DNA of 64,000 nt from a virus: the IMG/VR virus record IMGVR_UViG_3300041583_000345, positions 32,001 to 96,000 of that record; one strand, given 5' to 3'. The position numbers and the translations under genes are program-made. Shown here in pieces: positions 1 through 9,227 of this stretch. Position 1 is the first letter of the stretch. Each line of letters begins with the position of its first letter. A model generated the notes under the pieces. The model was not told the origin of the DNA. It ran no database searches and saw only the letters and a list, made by a program, of their open reading frames with translations.

Positions 1-125
1 TAGGTCTTAGCTTCTGCCTCTGTTCCTGTTAAAGCATCTACTAGGTATACTTCTTTAATTTTTTGAATTCTACCTCTGTCATTTTCTCTTTCGAATTGAG
101 CGGTTACTTGCCAATACTGTGTCAT
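1..125 (-). CDS. DUF4494-like protein, 5' part (runs off left edge)
   Basis: Own translation MTQYWQVTAQFERENDRGRIQKIKEVYLVDALTGTEAEAKT; YLVDA..TEAEA motif typical of Bacteroidota DUF4494. Confidence 0.6.
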   Translation of the reverse strand, partial: MTQYWQVTAQFERENDRGRIQKIKEVYLVDALTGTEAEAKT

Positions 126-134
126 TTCTGTTTT

Positions 135-839
135 TTATTTAATTGATAATTCTATGTTTTTGTAAAACTCTGCTTTGGCCGAGTCTTCATGTAAAAATGC
201 ACCGGACAGTTTAGCTGTCTGCATAGCGGCTCCTTGATGTTTTACTCCTCTACAGGATACACAAGCATGAGTTGCATTAATCATAACAGCTACTCCTTGA
301 TTTCCTTCACAAATCTTATTAACTGCATTCCAGATTGCTACTGTTAATTGCTCTTGTATAGCACCTCTTCTGCTGAATTGTTCAACAATCCTATTAAGTT
401 TAGATAACCCCACTACTTTTCCGTCTTCTGAAGCAATATAAGCAATACTCACTTCTCCTCTGATTTGCTGGTGATGGTGAGAACACATTGATGTTACAGG
501 TATTCTACTTTCTTGAACGATTCCATCATATCCATCCGAAGGGAAAGCAGTAACCCTATCTAAAGGGGAGTATCTTCCTGCCCATAAATCATTTACGTAC
601 GCTTTAGCTACTCTCATTGGAGTATCGGAAGAATTAGGATCTGCTTTATAATCTACCCCTAAAGCTGTAAGGAAATCTGCAAATGCTGTAGATGCATTTA
701 CAATAATAGTACTTTTTTCAATTTCGGTAAGGGTAGCTTCTGGGCCGTCTTTTAGTTGTTTAGCTGCTAACTGTGTTGAGATTCCGTTTGCAAATCCTGC
801 TTGAACTAATTCAGTTCCGGTAATAAACTTTTTTGACAT
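135..839 (-). CDS. folE: GTP cyclohydrolase I
   Basis: TPMRVAKAY, CSHHH, VVGLSKLNRIV, IQEQLT, HACVSCRGV motifs. Confidence 0.95.
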   Translation of the reverse strand: MSKKFITGTELVQAGFANGISTQLAAKQLKDGPEATLTEIEKSTIIVNASTAFADFLTALGVDYKADPNSSDTPMRVAKAYVNDLWAGRYSPLDRVTAFPSDGYDGIVQESRIPVTSMCSHHHQQIRGEVSIAYIASEDGKVVGLSKLNRIVEQFSRRGAIQEQLTVAIWNAVNKICEGNQGVAVMINATHACVSCRGVKHQGAAMQTAKLSGAFLHEDSAKAEFYKNIELSIK

Positions 840-861
840 TCTTATAACTTTTGTTTATATT

Positions 862-892
862 TAAATATATGAATTACTTTTCTATATAACAA
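862..892 (-). promoter_or_regulatory. Bacteroidota-type sigma70 promoter (TTG-N20-TATATTTA) upstream of folE
   Basis: Minus strand TTG-N20-TATATTTA; same architecture recurs at >=8 sites. Confidence 0.6.
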
Positions 893-1301
893 GATAATCT
901 TGTACTGTTTTTGAATTTTTTTCTTCCCACGGGTACACCAGCCAGTCTCCATGTTCAATATGCTCACCAAAATAATCAGGGGCTATTGAGGACATGTCTC
1001 TGTATGCCAGTGTTGCGGTAATGAAAGATAGGGGAAGTATTTCCTCTAATGTCTTTCCGGTATCTGCTATATCGTCTAAGACTATAATTTTCTTACGAGA
1101 AACTCTCGGTAAATTTTTTGCTTGGCTAAAATCCATGTACGGTATTCCGTATCGATGTGAGAACATTATTGCAGGGATTAGTCCTCCTCTAGGTATTCCA
1201 GTAACTGCATAAATATCTAGGTTATCACCCTGTAACTTGTCTGCGATTGTATTGAGTTGATGAGACACCCATTCCCAATCTAAAAAAACCTTTTCTGCCA
1301 T
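882..1301 (-). CDS. type I phosphoribosyltransferase (purine PRT-like)
   Basis: GIPRGGLIPA, PRPP-binding IIVLDDIADTGKTL, C-terminal WLVYPWE. Confidence 0.85.
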   Translation of the reverse strand: MAEKVFLDWEWVSHQLNTIADKLQGDNLDIYAVTGIPRGGLIPAIMFSHRYGIPYMDFSQAKNLPRVSRKKIIVLDDIADTGKTLEEILPLSFITATLAYRDMSSIAPDYFGEHIEHGDWLVYPWEEKNSKTVQDYLVI

Positions 1302-1309
1302 AACTTAAT

Positions 1310-1675
1310 TTAAGTTTTAAATATTTGTTTTTTACCACCTTCGTATACGTAAGCGTGGTTATTTTCTATAAGAAGATTATTCAAGGAACTATTTTCTCCT
1401 TCGATAAAAATCTCAGCTAGCACCCTACCGAACTTTCCTTTCCCATAAGATTGAAGAGTAAATTTTCCGTCATTCTTTTCCATGTATTTTTTTGTAAAGG
1501 CTGTTGCTGCTTTTCCTTTTTTCTTTTCTTCTAGATCTCTTGTTCTGCTTTCCCAAGTATCAACGCCTTTAAGCCGTAATCTTGCTTTTACCCAGGTATC
1601 AAATCCTAAATCGATCATACAGTCTACTGTATCTCCGTCTACTACCCTTATTAATTTTGCTCCGTACTTATACAT
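1310..1675 (-). CDS. thermonuclease (SNase-like) family protein
   Basis: RVVDGDTVD, RLKGVDTWE, GKFGRVLA; start moved to MYKY to avoid overlap with upstream gene. Confidence 0.8.
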   Translation of the reverse strand: MYKYGAKLIRVVDGDTVDCMIDLGFDTWVKARLRLKGVDTWESRTRDLEEKKKGKAATAFTKKYMEKNDGKFTLQSYGKGKFGRVLAEIFIEGENSSLNNLLIENNHAYVYEGGKKQIFKT

Positions 1676-1692
1676 TGTATCCCTCTTAATCC

Positions 1693-1986
1693 TTAAAAAT
1701 GTGATAATTCTAAAACTCCTGTTTTCCAAGTTAATGTAGTTAAAGGCTGTTGATCTGCTTCTGTTGCAAATTCAATTGTTTTATGTCTTTGCGCTACAGT
1801 ATTACAGAAATCTAATAATTCCTGTATAGTTACATACTCTTCTTTAGCTCCTTCCCAAGGATCTTCTGATATAAGGTAAATGTAGGGGTAGTTTCCTTCT
1901 TTATAGTCCCATACTGGACTTCCGTTAATGGTAATTACGTTTGACATTTTGTCAATACTTTGATTTAAAATCTGGTCTAGTGTCAT
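1693..1986 (-). CDS. hypothetical protein
   Basis: 97-aa ORF tightly packed in operon. Confidence 0.55.
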   Translation of the reverse strand: MTLDQILNQSIDKMSNVITINGSPVWDYKEGNYPYIYLISEDPWEGAKEEYVTIQELLDFCNTVAQRHKTIEFATEADQQPLTTLTWKTGVLELSHF

Positions 1987-1988
1987 TT

Positions 1989-2300
1989 TTAATTTATAAA
2001 TTTAAGTCCAAAAAACTCGTAGTTCCTATGAACATACTCTTCTTCCCCGGCTTCTATTGCTTCTTCTTCTGTATCAAATATTGCAGAAACTGGGCATTCA
2101 GGTAAACATGCCCCACAGTCTATACATTCATCTGGGTTGATGTATAACATTTTTCCTTGTAGTTCGTCTTTAGACATTCCAAATACCTCTGCTCCGGCTC
2201 CAGTAATGTCTATTGGACCGTGAATACAGTCTACTGGGCATACATTAACGCAGGCAGTATCGCATGTACTAACACAAGGGCTACCTATTATATAGCTCAT
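1989..2300 (-). CDS. dicluster (7Fe/8Fe) ferredoxin, FdxA-like
   Basis: [18 protein letters not shown] and [16 protein letters not shown] cluster motifs. Confidence 0.9.
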   Translation of the reverse strand: MSYIIGSPCVSTCDTACVNVCPVDCIHGPIDITGAGAEVFGMSKDELQGKMLYINPDECIDCGACLPECPVSAIFDTEEEAIEAGEEEYVHRNYEFFGLKFIN

Positions 2301-2325
2301 TATCTTTAAATTAAATTTTTACTAC

Positions 2326-3105
2326 TTAGACGCAACGTTCTGATTCAAAAGCGATTATGTGCGGTCTCCAAGTCATTCTGTATCCATTATCTCTCACCCA
2401 GTCAAATAATAGGGGATATGATATAAATAGAGCTTCCCTACTGTCACCAGCCGGCATAAACCAAACTTTATCCTGGGGTATTTCTAATGTTTTAATGCAA
2501 TCTAATATTTCTTCCAATGCTTCTTGGTCTTTTCCGTCCCAGACCGGTTTTAAGTGGTAGCTTTTATGAAATAATATACTTTTTTTTATTGCATCATAGT
2601 TAAGCCTAAACTTATTATGCTGTTTAATCATTCTCTCATCAGTCACTTTACCTTCTGGGGTGAGTACACCGAGGACAGGGACAGAGTTGCTAAACTTAGG
2701 AGATATCGAAAGTAGATCGATAGGGTAATCAGTTTCCAGGTAATGGGACCCTTCGTTTTCCATTGTTATAAAAATACCCCTTTCATGTGCAAAGTGGGTT
2801 AATTCGTTTACTAACTTTGGATGCATTGTAGGGGCTCCCCCCGTCAACATCATTTCAGTAATATGAGGGTTATTCTTATACGCTTGAATTATATCATTAA
2901 AGTTGAATTTTCCTTTCTCTGGGTGTATAGAACTATACCAGCTATCACACCAGCCTCCTTCTCCGAAATAACATCTATGGGTACACCCTGTAGTTCTAAT
3001 AACTACTGTTGGATACCCTGCTCTTGAACCTTCTGACTGTACTGCTGTATACAGTTCTATGATAGGTAAAATTCTAGTATAATCTTCTATTCTACCTAAG
3101 CTCAT
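2326..3105 (-). CDS. queE: 7-carboxy-7-deazaguanine synthase (radical SAM)
   Basis: VQSEGSRAG, RTTGCTHRC...WCDSW, LTGGAP, ENEGS; adjacent to queD; start at MSLGRIE. Confidence 0.92.
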   Translation of the reverse strand: MSLGRIEDYTRILPIIELYTAVQSEGSRAGYPTVVIRTTGCTHRCYFGEGGWCDSWYSSIHPEKGKFNFNDIIQAYKNNPHITEMMLTGGAPTMHPKLVNELTHFAHERGIFITMENEGSHYLETDYPIDLLSISPKFSNSVPVLGVLTPEGKVTDERMIKQHNKFRLNYDAIKKSILFHKSYHLKPVWDGKDQEALEEILDCIKTLEIPQDKVWFMPAGDSREALFISYPLLFDWVRDNGYRMTWRPHIIAFESERCV

Positions 3106-3559
3106 ACGATGCTGCGTTTTTAGCGTGTTCTCTAAATTCAACTTTTGTTACTTTAACTCTTCCTTCGGTCTCTTCTAAGATAAACGGGGATACTTTATCA
3201 AATATAAATTTTGCAAAGCTTTCTGCTCCTGTTGCCGGTACAACTCTTACTTGAGATACACCTGCTTGTTCCATTTTTAAAAAAGAGTCTTTAAAGGGAT
3301 CATCTTCTGCTACTATATGAGTATGATCAAACATATAATCCATCCAATCTTTAGGGGACATACCGTCTATAGTTCCTTTAGCTCTTTTCATTCCGCCAAA
3401 ATCCCAAACCCAATTACGTTCATCTAATTCCCCTTCAAACCATAGTTGAAATGAAATTCCATAGCCATGTAAAAAACGGCAATGAGTTGTTTCTGCTCTC
3501 CATTGACGAAATACAGTAGAGTACCCGTCAAATACTTTTGTTGATGTAAATTTACCCAT
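3092..3559 (-). CDS. queD: 6-carboxy-5,6,7,8-tetrahydropterin synthase
   Basis: CRFLHGY, WVWDFGGMK, FDHT, AESFA, EFREH motifs. Confidence 0.92.
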   Translation of the reverse strand: MGKFTSTKVFDGYSTVFRQWRAETTHCRFLHGYGISFQLWFEGELDERNWVWDFGGMKRAKGTIDGMSPKDWMDYMFDHTHIVAEDDPFKDSFLKMEQAGVSQVRVVPATGAESFAKFIFDKVSPFILEETEGRVKVTKVEFREHAKNAASYELR

Positions 3560-3568
3560 TTCTTTTAT

Positions 3569-3871
3569 TTAAACTAATTCTTCGTATACTCCTACTGTTT
3601 CTGATATTACTAGCACTATTGCTGCTGCTCCAAAATCAAAAGGTATCAATATATAACCTAATATACGAATACCTGATTTAATAAATGACACTATCTGATG
3701 TTTTTTTGCATCAGGGTGGTTCATTGGGTTTAAGTGTGGTAATAGTGGGGTTTGTAGATTGTAAGGGTACTCTTCCTGTTCCGCCTTCAAAAATGAATGT
3801 CTCAGGTCTGCTTTGTAAAGTTCCTGTTCTAGGACTTCTTTTTCTACTTGGTTTTGTCTAAGGTTTGCCAT
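3569..3871 (-). CDS. hypothetical membrane protein
   Basis: C-terminal hydrophobic segment after HPDAKKHQIVSFIKSGIRILGY. Confidence 0.6.
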   Translation of the reverse strand: MANLRQNQVEKEVLEQELYKADLRHSFLKAEQEEYPYNLQTPLLPHLNPMNHPDAKKHQIVSFIKSGIRILGYILIPFDFGAAAIVLVISETVGVYEELV

Positions 3872-3914
3872 TTTTTGTTTTTAGAGTGGGGCTACGACAC
3901 TTGTGTCTTATAAT

Positions 3915-3945
3915 TCAATATAAGAAATATATTTTACTTATGCAA
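3915..3945 (-). promoter_or_regulatory. Bacteroidota-type promoter (TTG-N20-TATATTGA) for the que operon
   Basis: Exact spacing match in intergenic region. Confidence 0.55.
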
Positions 3946-4064
3946 CTATTTTTAAAAGTTTTTATAAGTAAAAGGGTCTCTTTTTTTAAGTTCAGCTATT
4001 TTCTTTCTATACTCTCTTTCTTTTCTCCAATTCCAAATTTTAGCTTTAATCCAATTTATTACTT

Positions 4065-5732
4065 TCATATCTTCTTGATTAAAAAATTATTTATTACCAG
4101 GTAGTTTATTTCTGAATCTATAAATCTCTCTATGGCTTGTTTAGGTGACATAGTGATTGTCTGGTCCTTTAAATTAAAAGAAGTATTTAACAGTACTCCT
4201 GCTCCTGTTACTCTTTTCATTTCCGATAGTAGATTATAATATTTTTCATTTTGCTTTTTACTTACTGTCTGTACTCTGCAAGTTTTATTTATATGGGTGG
4301 CAGCGGGGAAGGGGATTACATTGTGTGATGTTCTAGCAAAAGAGACTACGTTCATATAAGGGACTGGTTCTGTTGTCCCGAACCATTTATTTCCGTCTTC
4401 CTCTAATACTGAAGGTGCAAATGGTCTAAAACCTTCTCTTTTTTTAATTACATAATTAAGCTTTTCTCTCATTTTAGGATTTGCAGGAGAAGCTAATATA
4501 GATCTATTTCCTAATGCTCTTGCTCCAAATTCCATTTGACCTTGAAACCATGCTACTATATTTTGTGCAATTAAAAGTTCAGCTGTTTTTTTAATAATTT
4601 TTTCATCCGTAAGATGAAATGAAAGTACCCTATCTTCATATTTTCTAAGTTCTCTCTTTACCTCCGTGTCTGTGTACTCTGGGCCTAAGTAAGGGGATGA
4701 GTTCTCTTGGCTCTTTCCTTCATATTGGTAGAGACACGCTCCTATGGCTGAACCTGCATCAGAGGGTGCAAATGGTATATGTAAATGTTTAAAGTATTTA
4801 TATGCTTTAAAGTTTGCTACTCCATTATAAGCACATCCTCCTCCTATACATAAATTTTCAGATCCTGTGATAAGTTTAGCTTTTTCTACTAATACAAGAA
4901 ATCTCTCTTCATATACCTCTTGCAAAGCTGCTGCTAAGTTTTGATGTTCATGGGTTATAGGTTCTTCCGGCAGACGGGGGGGAATGCCCAGTAACCGGCA
5001 TAGATTTTTATTAAACATTATTTTATCTGAGTATTCCCATGTAAAATACTTCTGATCTATCCAGAATTTATTATCTGTAGTGAAAAAGATACTTTTAAGC
5101 TTGTCTTTAAATTGACTTGAATCTCCATATGGTGCAAGACCCATTACCTTATACTCTCCTTCATTAGGTTTGAATCCCAAGTAGGCTGTAAAGGTTGAGT
5201 AAAACATTCCTAGAGAATTAGGGAAATTAATTGATAAATGGTTGTAAATTCTATCCCCTCTACCTTCAGCGATTGTTGCTGTAGCCCATTCCCCTACTCC
5301 GTCTATTGTTAATATTGCAGAGGTTTGAAAATTTGAGGTATAATAGGTGAAAGCTGCATGGGAGAGGTGATGATCGGTATATGAAATTTTACCGGTATAT
5401 CCGATATTCTGTAAAAGGGTTTTTGGTGAATTGGCTTCTTGTTCTTTAAGAAATTTACGTTTTTGAAAAAATGTACTAATTGGTCTTTTTTTAAACGTAG
5501 TAACTACCCTATTTTTCTTTTTATCTGGGTTTTCATACCAACAAACTTCATCTATGTCTGTTAGTTTTATTCCTGATTCTTTAAGTAACCATTTAATTGA
5601 GTTAATCGGGAAGGAAGCATCATGTTTTATTTCTGTAAACCTTTCTTCTTCTACAGCATATAGAACTTTACCGTCTTTAACCAGACAGGCTGCTGAATCG
5701 TGATAAAAAGCAGATATACCTAGTTGTACCAT
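4065..5732 (-). CDS. NodU/CmcH-family carbamoyltransferase
   Basis: LGISAFYHDSAA, HHLSHA, TIDGVGEW, EYKVMGLAPYG, GGCAYN, DAGSAIGA, EFGARALGNRSILA, KKREGFRPFAP, LLNTSFN. Confidence 0.93.
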   Translation of the reverse strand: MVQLGISAFYHDSAACLVKDGKVLYAVEEERFTEIKHDASFPINSIKWLLKESGIKLTDIDEVCWYENPDKKKNRVVTTFKKRPISTFFQKRKFLKEQEANSPKTLLQNIGYTGKISYTDHHLSHAAFTYYTSNFQTSAILTIDGVGEWATATIAEGRGDRIYNHLSINFPNSLGMFYSTFTAYLGFKPNEGEYKVMGLAPYGDSSQFKDKLKSIFFTTDNKFWIDQKYFTWEYSDKIMFNKNLCRLLGIPPRLPEEPITHEHQNLAAALQEVYEERFLVLVEKAKLITGSENLCIGGGCAYNGVANFKAYKYFKHLHIPFAPSDAGSAIGACLYQYEGKSQENSSPYLGPEYTDTEVKRELRKYEDRVLSFHLTDEKIIKKTAELLIAQNIVAWFQGQMEFGARALGNRSILASPANPKMREKLNYVIKKREGFRPFAPSVLEEDGNKWFGTTEPVPYMNVVSFARTSHNVIPFPAATHINKTCRVQTVSKKQNEKYYNLLSEMKRVTGAGVLLNTSFNLKDQTITMSPKQAIERFIDSEINYLVINNFLIKKI

Positions 5733-5776
5733 AACTTTTATTTTTACTTTTATAGAAAATAGTGTTTATTTCTATA

Positions 5777-6079
5777 TTAAACTATTTTTATTGATTTACT
5801 TTCAACTAATATCTTAATTTTAGTTGATACCATTTCTATGTCCTTAGCAGTTACCTTGTAAGTCTTAAAAATGGTTTTTTGTTCTCTGTAATCTATCCCG
5901 TTTAAAGTAAGAATAACCTTAATTAGTTTTTCTTTTTCTTTTTTGGTAAGAGAAGATGCAGGTGATGAGCTGTTACCTCCTTTTTTTATCTTCTCTAGTA
6001 TATAGTATACGTCTTGCCATATGAAATCAATATTATTCCATATAAAATCAGCATTACCCCATGTATAAGGTATCTTCAT
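5777..6079 (-). CDS. hypothetical protein
   Basis: 100-aa ORF in operon. Confidence 0.55.
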   Translation of the reverse strand: MKIPYTWGNADFIWNNIDFIWQDVYYILEKIKKGGNSSSPASSLTKKEKEKLIKVILTLNGIDYREQKTIFKTYKVTAKDIEMVSTKIKILVESKSIKIV

Positions 6080-6089
6080 ATGCTATACT

Positions 6090-8171
6090 TTAGACCATTG
6101 AAATATATCCAATACCTGCTCCTGTGATTGCACTAATAGCTGTAGTATTAAATTCTAGGTTGCTAAAAGCACCAATGTGGGTTCTACCAATCTGGTCACC
6201 AATTGCTGCTGTACCAACCATACTTAATTGTATACTTTCTGGGGAACGGTACCTAATTGGGGTTTCAATAGCTCCAATACCTTGTTGTCTGTAAGTTACC
6301 ATAAGTATTTTCGCTGGTACACCGCTTCCAAATGAAACCCAATTCCCAGCTGTTGGGGTTGTTGATGATAATAATAATGTTTGAATTGATTTCAAGTAAG
6401 TAACCGCTGATGTAGAACCTGCTAATGCTGCAACTGCTACTGTAGATGTAAATATAGCTGCTTTGGCTATTGAACTACCAAACAGAGATCCTAGTAAAGT
6501 ATTGTTAGAAACATAGCTTGCCATTGCTGGTGCTGAATTTACTATTAATCCAATTGCTACTGCGTTTCCTATTGCTATATTAATATTAGAGTGTCCTCCA
6601 AGTGCTATAAGTGCTGCTGTATTAGCAACAAATCCTGTCATAATAAGACTATTTCCCGCCACTATACTAAAGTTTGCACTTGTAGCAAGGGTAAGCATCG
6701 CATCTGAATTAGTTGCTAGTACTTCTGATGCTCCTGCGTTTGCATTTACTAGTGTTAAAGCTGATGCTTTAGCTATGATTTGAGCAAAGGTTGACATTAT
6801 TAAAGTTATTCCTGCAAGATTATAAGTTATTGCAAAAGCATTGTCTTCATAATAAGGGCTTCCTTTAAATTCTCCCCATCTTGTAGCGTTTGCATTAATA
6901 GCATTAATTGAAGTTGTTTTATTGGATACCGATGTCATTGCATTTTCGGAATTAAAAATAATATCTCTTATTCCTACTGTGGAGGTTGCACCAACTAAAA
7001 TTCCAACTGATATTGTATTAGACGATAATATAGGCATTCCTACAGAGTCGTTAATAGCAAGTGTTAAATTAGCGTGAGTAGATAATGCTGTTACACCTGC
7101 TGAATTTCCAGCAAGAGCAGTCATTATTACTGAATTGCTTTTTATAAGTGTAAAGTTTGTACCTGTAGCTATATTAACCATTGCAGTATTATTGCTTGCC
7201 AATGCAGCCATAATAACAGTATTACCTGTTACGATAGAAAGATTAGCGCTTGCACCCAATGTTAGCATTGCAGCACTACTTGAGGCTAATGCTTCTGATG
7301 CACCTTCATTTGCGTTAACTGCCCCTATTGCAACAGCGTCATTTATAATATCGTCAATTGTTGCAAAAGATAAAGGGTTAATTCCTGCTAGGTTTGCTAT
7401 TGTATTTTTTAAATTTGCCGCAAAGAAGTTACTTTCTTTATATGAAGCTCTTGCAAGACTATTAGCATATATCGTATCTACTGCTATCTTACTATTGGAA
7501 ATAGCAGCTACAGCCAATGACTTTGAAGACATTTCAAACATAGCTATTTCACTATTAGCAATAGCTGTCATACTTCTTTGGGAGTTTGTAATATAACCCA
7601 AAGCGGCTGCATTTGTTGCTACTAGTTCCATACCTATACTATTAACTGATGTTCTTAAAACTAAATCATCATCTTCTATGATAGCTCTAATTGCATTAGT
7701 ACTAGCTATGATTTGTGCCATTGCAACAGGGTCGGCAAATACATAAGTTCTATCAGGATATGCTACTAAATCTAATCCTGCAAAAACAGCAGCAGCATAG
7801 CCAAGATTATCTACAGCATAAGGACTTTGTAAGTATATGTCCCACGCTACCTGATTGTTTATGATTTTAGTTAGGGTTGGCAAGTTAAGTGTTACATTTA
7901 GCATTGTTACAGGATTTGCAGACATTGCTTGTGCGGCTGTAGAGTTATTTATGCTAGCTGCTCCAAAAACAGAATCCGTTGCTATTGGGCTTGCAATAAT
8001 AGCAGTGATTGCTAATTGGTTTGCCGCTAAACTCTTTGTTTCACTTCGCATCGAAAGAGCTTCTTCAAAACCTACCCTTGTTCCTGCATTAGATAACCTT
8101 GTATCTAATTCTGCACCCAATACCGTGCCTGATTTTATTGCTGTTAACAGTCTTCTTGTTGATAATTGCAT
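6090..8171 (-). CDS. Ala/Ser/Asn-rich repeat protein, putative tail fibre/virion appendage
   Basis: 693 aa with degenerate AMxAIAxS-type repeats; follows fibre-adaptor-like ORFs. Confidence 0.6.
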   Translation of the reverse strand: MQLSTRRLLTAIKSGTVLGAELDTRLSNAGTRVGFEEALSMRSETKSLAANQLAITAIIASPIATDSVFGAASINNSTAAQAMSANPVTMLNVTLNLPTLTKIINNQVAWDIYLQSPYAVDNLGYAAAVFAGLDLVAYPDRTYVFADPVAMAQIIASTNAIRAIIEDDDLVLRTSVNSIGMELVATNAAALGYITNSQRSMTAIANSEIAMFEMSSKSLAVAAISNSKIAVDTIYANSLARASYKESNFFAANLKNTIANLAGINPLSFATIDDIINDAVAIGAVNANEGASEALASSSAAMLTLGASANLSIVTGNTVIMAALASNNTAMVNIATGTNFTLIKSNSVIMTALAGNSAGVTALSTHANLTLAINDSVGMPILSSNTISVGILVGATSTVGIRDIIFNSENAMTSVSNKTTSINAINANATRWGEFKGSPYYEDNAFAITYNLAGITLIMSTFAQIIAKASALTLVNANAGASEVLATNSDAMLTLATSANFSIVAGNSLIMTGFVANTAALIALGGHSNINIAIGNAVAIGLIVNSAPAMASYVSNNTLLGSLFGSSIAKAAIFTSTVAVAALAGSTSAVTYLKSIQTLLLSSTTPTAGNWVSFGSGVPAKILMVTYRQQGIGAIETPIRYRSPESIQLSMVGTAAIGDQIGRTHIGAFSNLEFNTTAISAITGAGIGYISMV

Positions 8172-8195
8172 AAATTTTATTTTAATTTGATTTTT

Positions 8196-8813
8196 CTACT
8201 TTGTTACAAAAAAAGGTGTTAATCTACTTGTTTCATCTTCATCAAGTTCATCTCTAAAATTTCTATCGTCGGTTGCCCATGCCGATTGTAAATCAGGAGC
8301 TGCTACATTTAAAAGCCACTGTCCGAATGGGATGGATGTTACTGGATCTACTGCGGTAAAGCAGGTTTCGTCATCATCAGGTTCTAATGTTGTGCCTACA
8401 AATATTAAAAGCCCAATACCTTCTATAACTACTGAATCATCGGAGCTGGGTAAGGGTGTAGAGGGTGTTCTTAAATTTCCTCTATTTTCATATATTAAAG
8501 TTTCAAGCTCTGTTTTACTTCTCTCTATTACTAAGGGAGTTCCACCTAAAAGTGAAACACCATTTACTGTACTTATGTTAACACCGTCTACAAGTGTTGC
8601 TTGTTTTGTAGCTGATTCTGTAATCGCTGCATCACTTAATGGTTTATCAGCATCTGATGTGTTATCTACTAAATTTACTTCCGTATTAACCTTGTTAATA
8701 ATATCTGCAAAATTTGCTACGGATGAAGATACATTTAATTGTTGTTGTGCTACAGCGTTTGTTAATGCTGTAGTGGCGGACGTCAACCCAGCTACTTCTG
8801 TTTCTAAAGACAT
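8196..8813 (-). CDS. putative tail-fibre-associated protein
   Basis: Coiled-coil N-terminus MSLETEVAGLTSATTALT; ADKPLS and ISTVNGVSLLG segments typical of fibre shafts. Confidence 0.55.
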   Translation of the reverse strand: MSLETEVAGLTSATTALTNAVAQQQLNVSSSVANFADIINKVNTEVNLVDNTSDADKPLSDAAITESATKQATLVDGVNISTVNGVSLLGGTPLVIERSKTELETLIYENRGNLRTPSTPLPSSDDSVVIEGIGLLIFVGTTLEPDDDETCFTAVDPVTSIPFGQWLLNVAAPDLQSAWATDDRNFRDELDEDETSRLTPFFVTK

Positions 8814-8817
8814 TTTG

Positions 8818-9021
8818 TTATTGGGTTATATAGTTTATAAAAATGGTTTGGGTATCTATAAGATTTGTTGCTACAGTAACCAGTGGTATTAAAGCAGCGT
8901 TTTGTGAGGCAGAAACGGCGGTTTCTATACGTCCATCTAAAGTAGAACTGATATCCCCAACTGTATCTAATAAATTTGTGGTTTGGGTGGTTAGGTTTAT
9001 AATTGATTCCTCTGTAGTCAT
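8818..9021 (-). CDS. hypothetical (fibre-module) protein
   Basis: 67 aa; C-terminus ATNLIDTQTIF resembles the neighbouring ORF. Confidence 0.55.
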   Translation of the reverse strand: MTTEESIINLTTQTTNLLDTVGDISSTLDGRIETAVSASQNAALIPLVTVATNLIDTQTIFINYITQ

Positions 9022-9218
9022 AACTGTTGTTTTAATATATACTTAGCGTATATATTCTGTGTTTGAATTAAATTAGCTGCTTCACTTATTCTAAGTGGGA
9101 GTGTAATCGAGCTTATTGTTAATAAATTTCCTAAACCATCATATAATACATCGTCTACTATCTGCACTAATCTAGGGTAGGTATCTTGTATTAATGTGTC
9201 TGTAAGGTTATTACTCAT
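9018..9218 (-). CDS. hypothetical (fibre-module) protein
   Basis: 66 aa; C-terminus AANLIQTQNIY; overlaps the next start. Confidence 0.55.
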   Translation of the reverse strand: MSNNLTDTLIQDTYPRLVQIVDDVLYDGLGNLLTISSITLPLRISEAANLIQTQNIYAKYILKQQL

Positions 9219-9227
9219 TTATATACT

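Noticed and set aside
1676-1729. Longer starts given in the ORF track for the nuclease (1729) and queE (3141)
   Set aside because: They overlap upstream genes and precede the family N-terminus; downstream ATGs (1675, 3105) fit better
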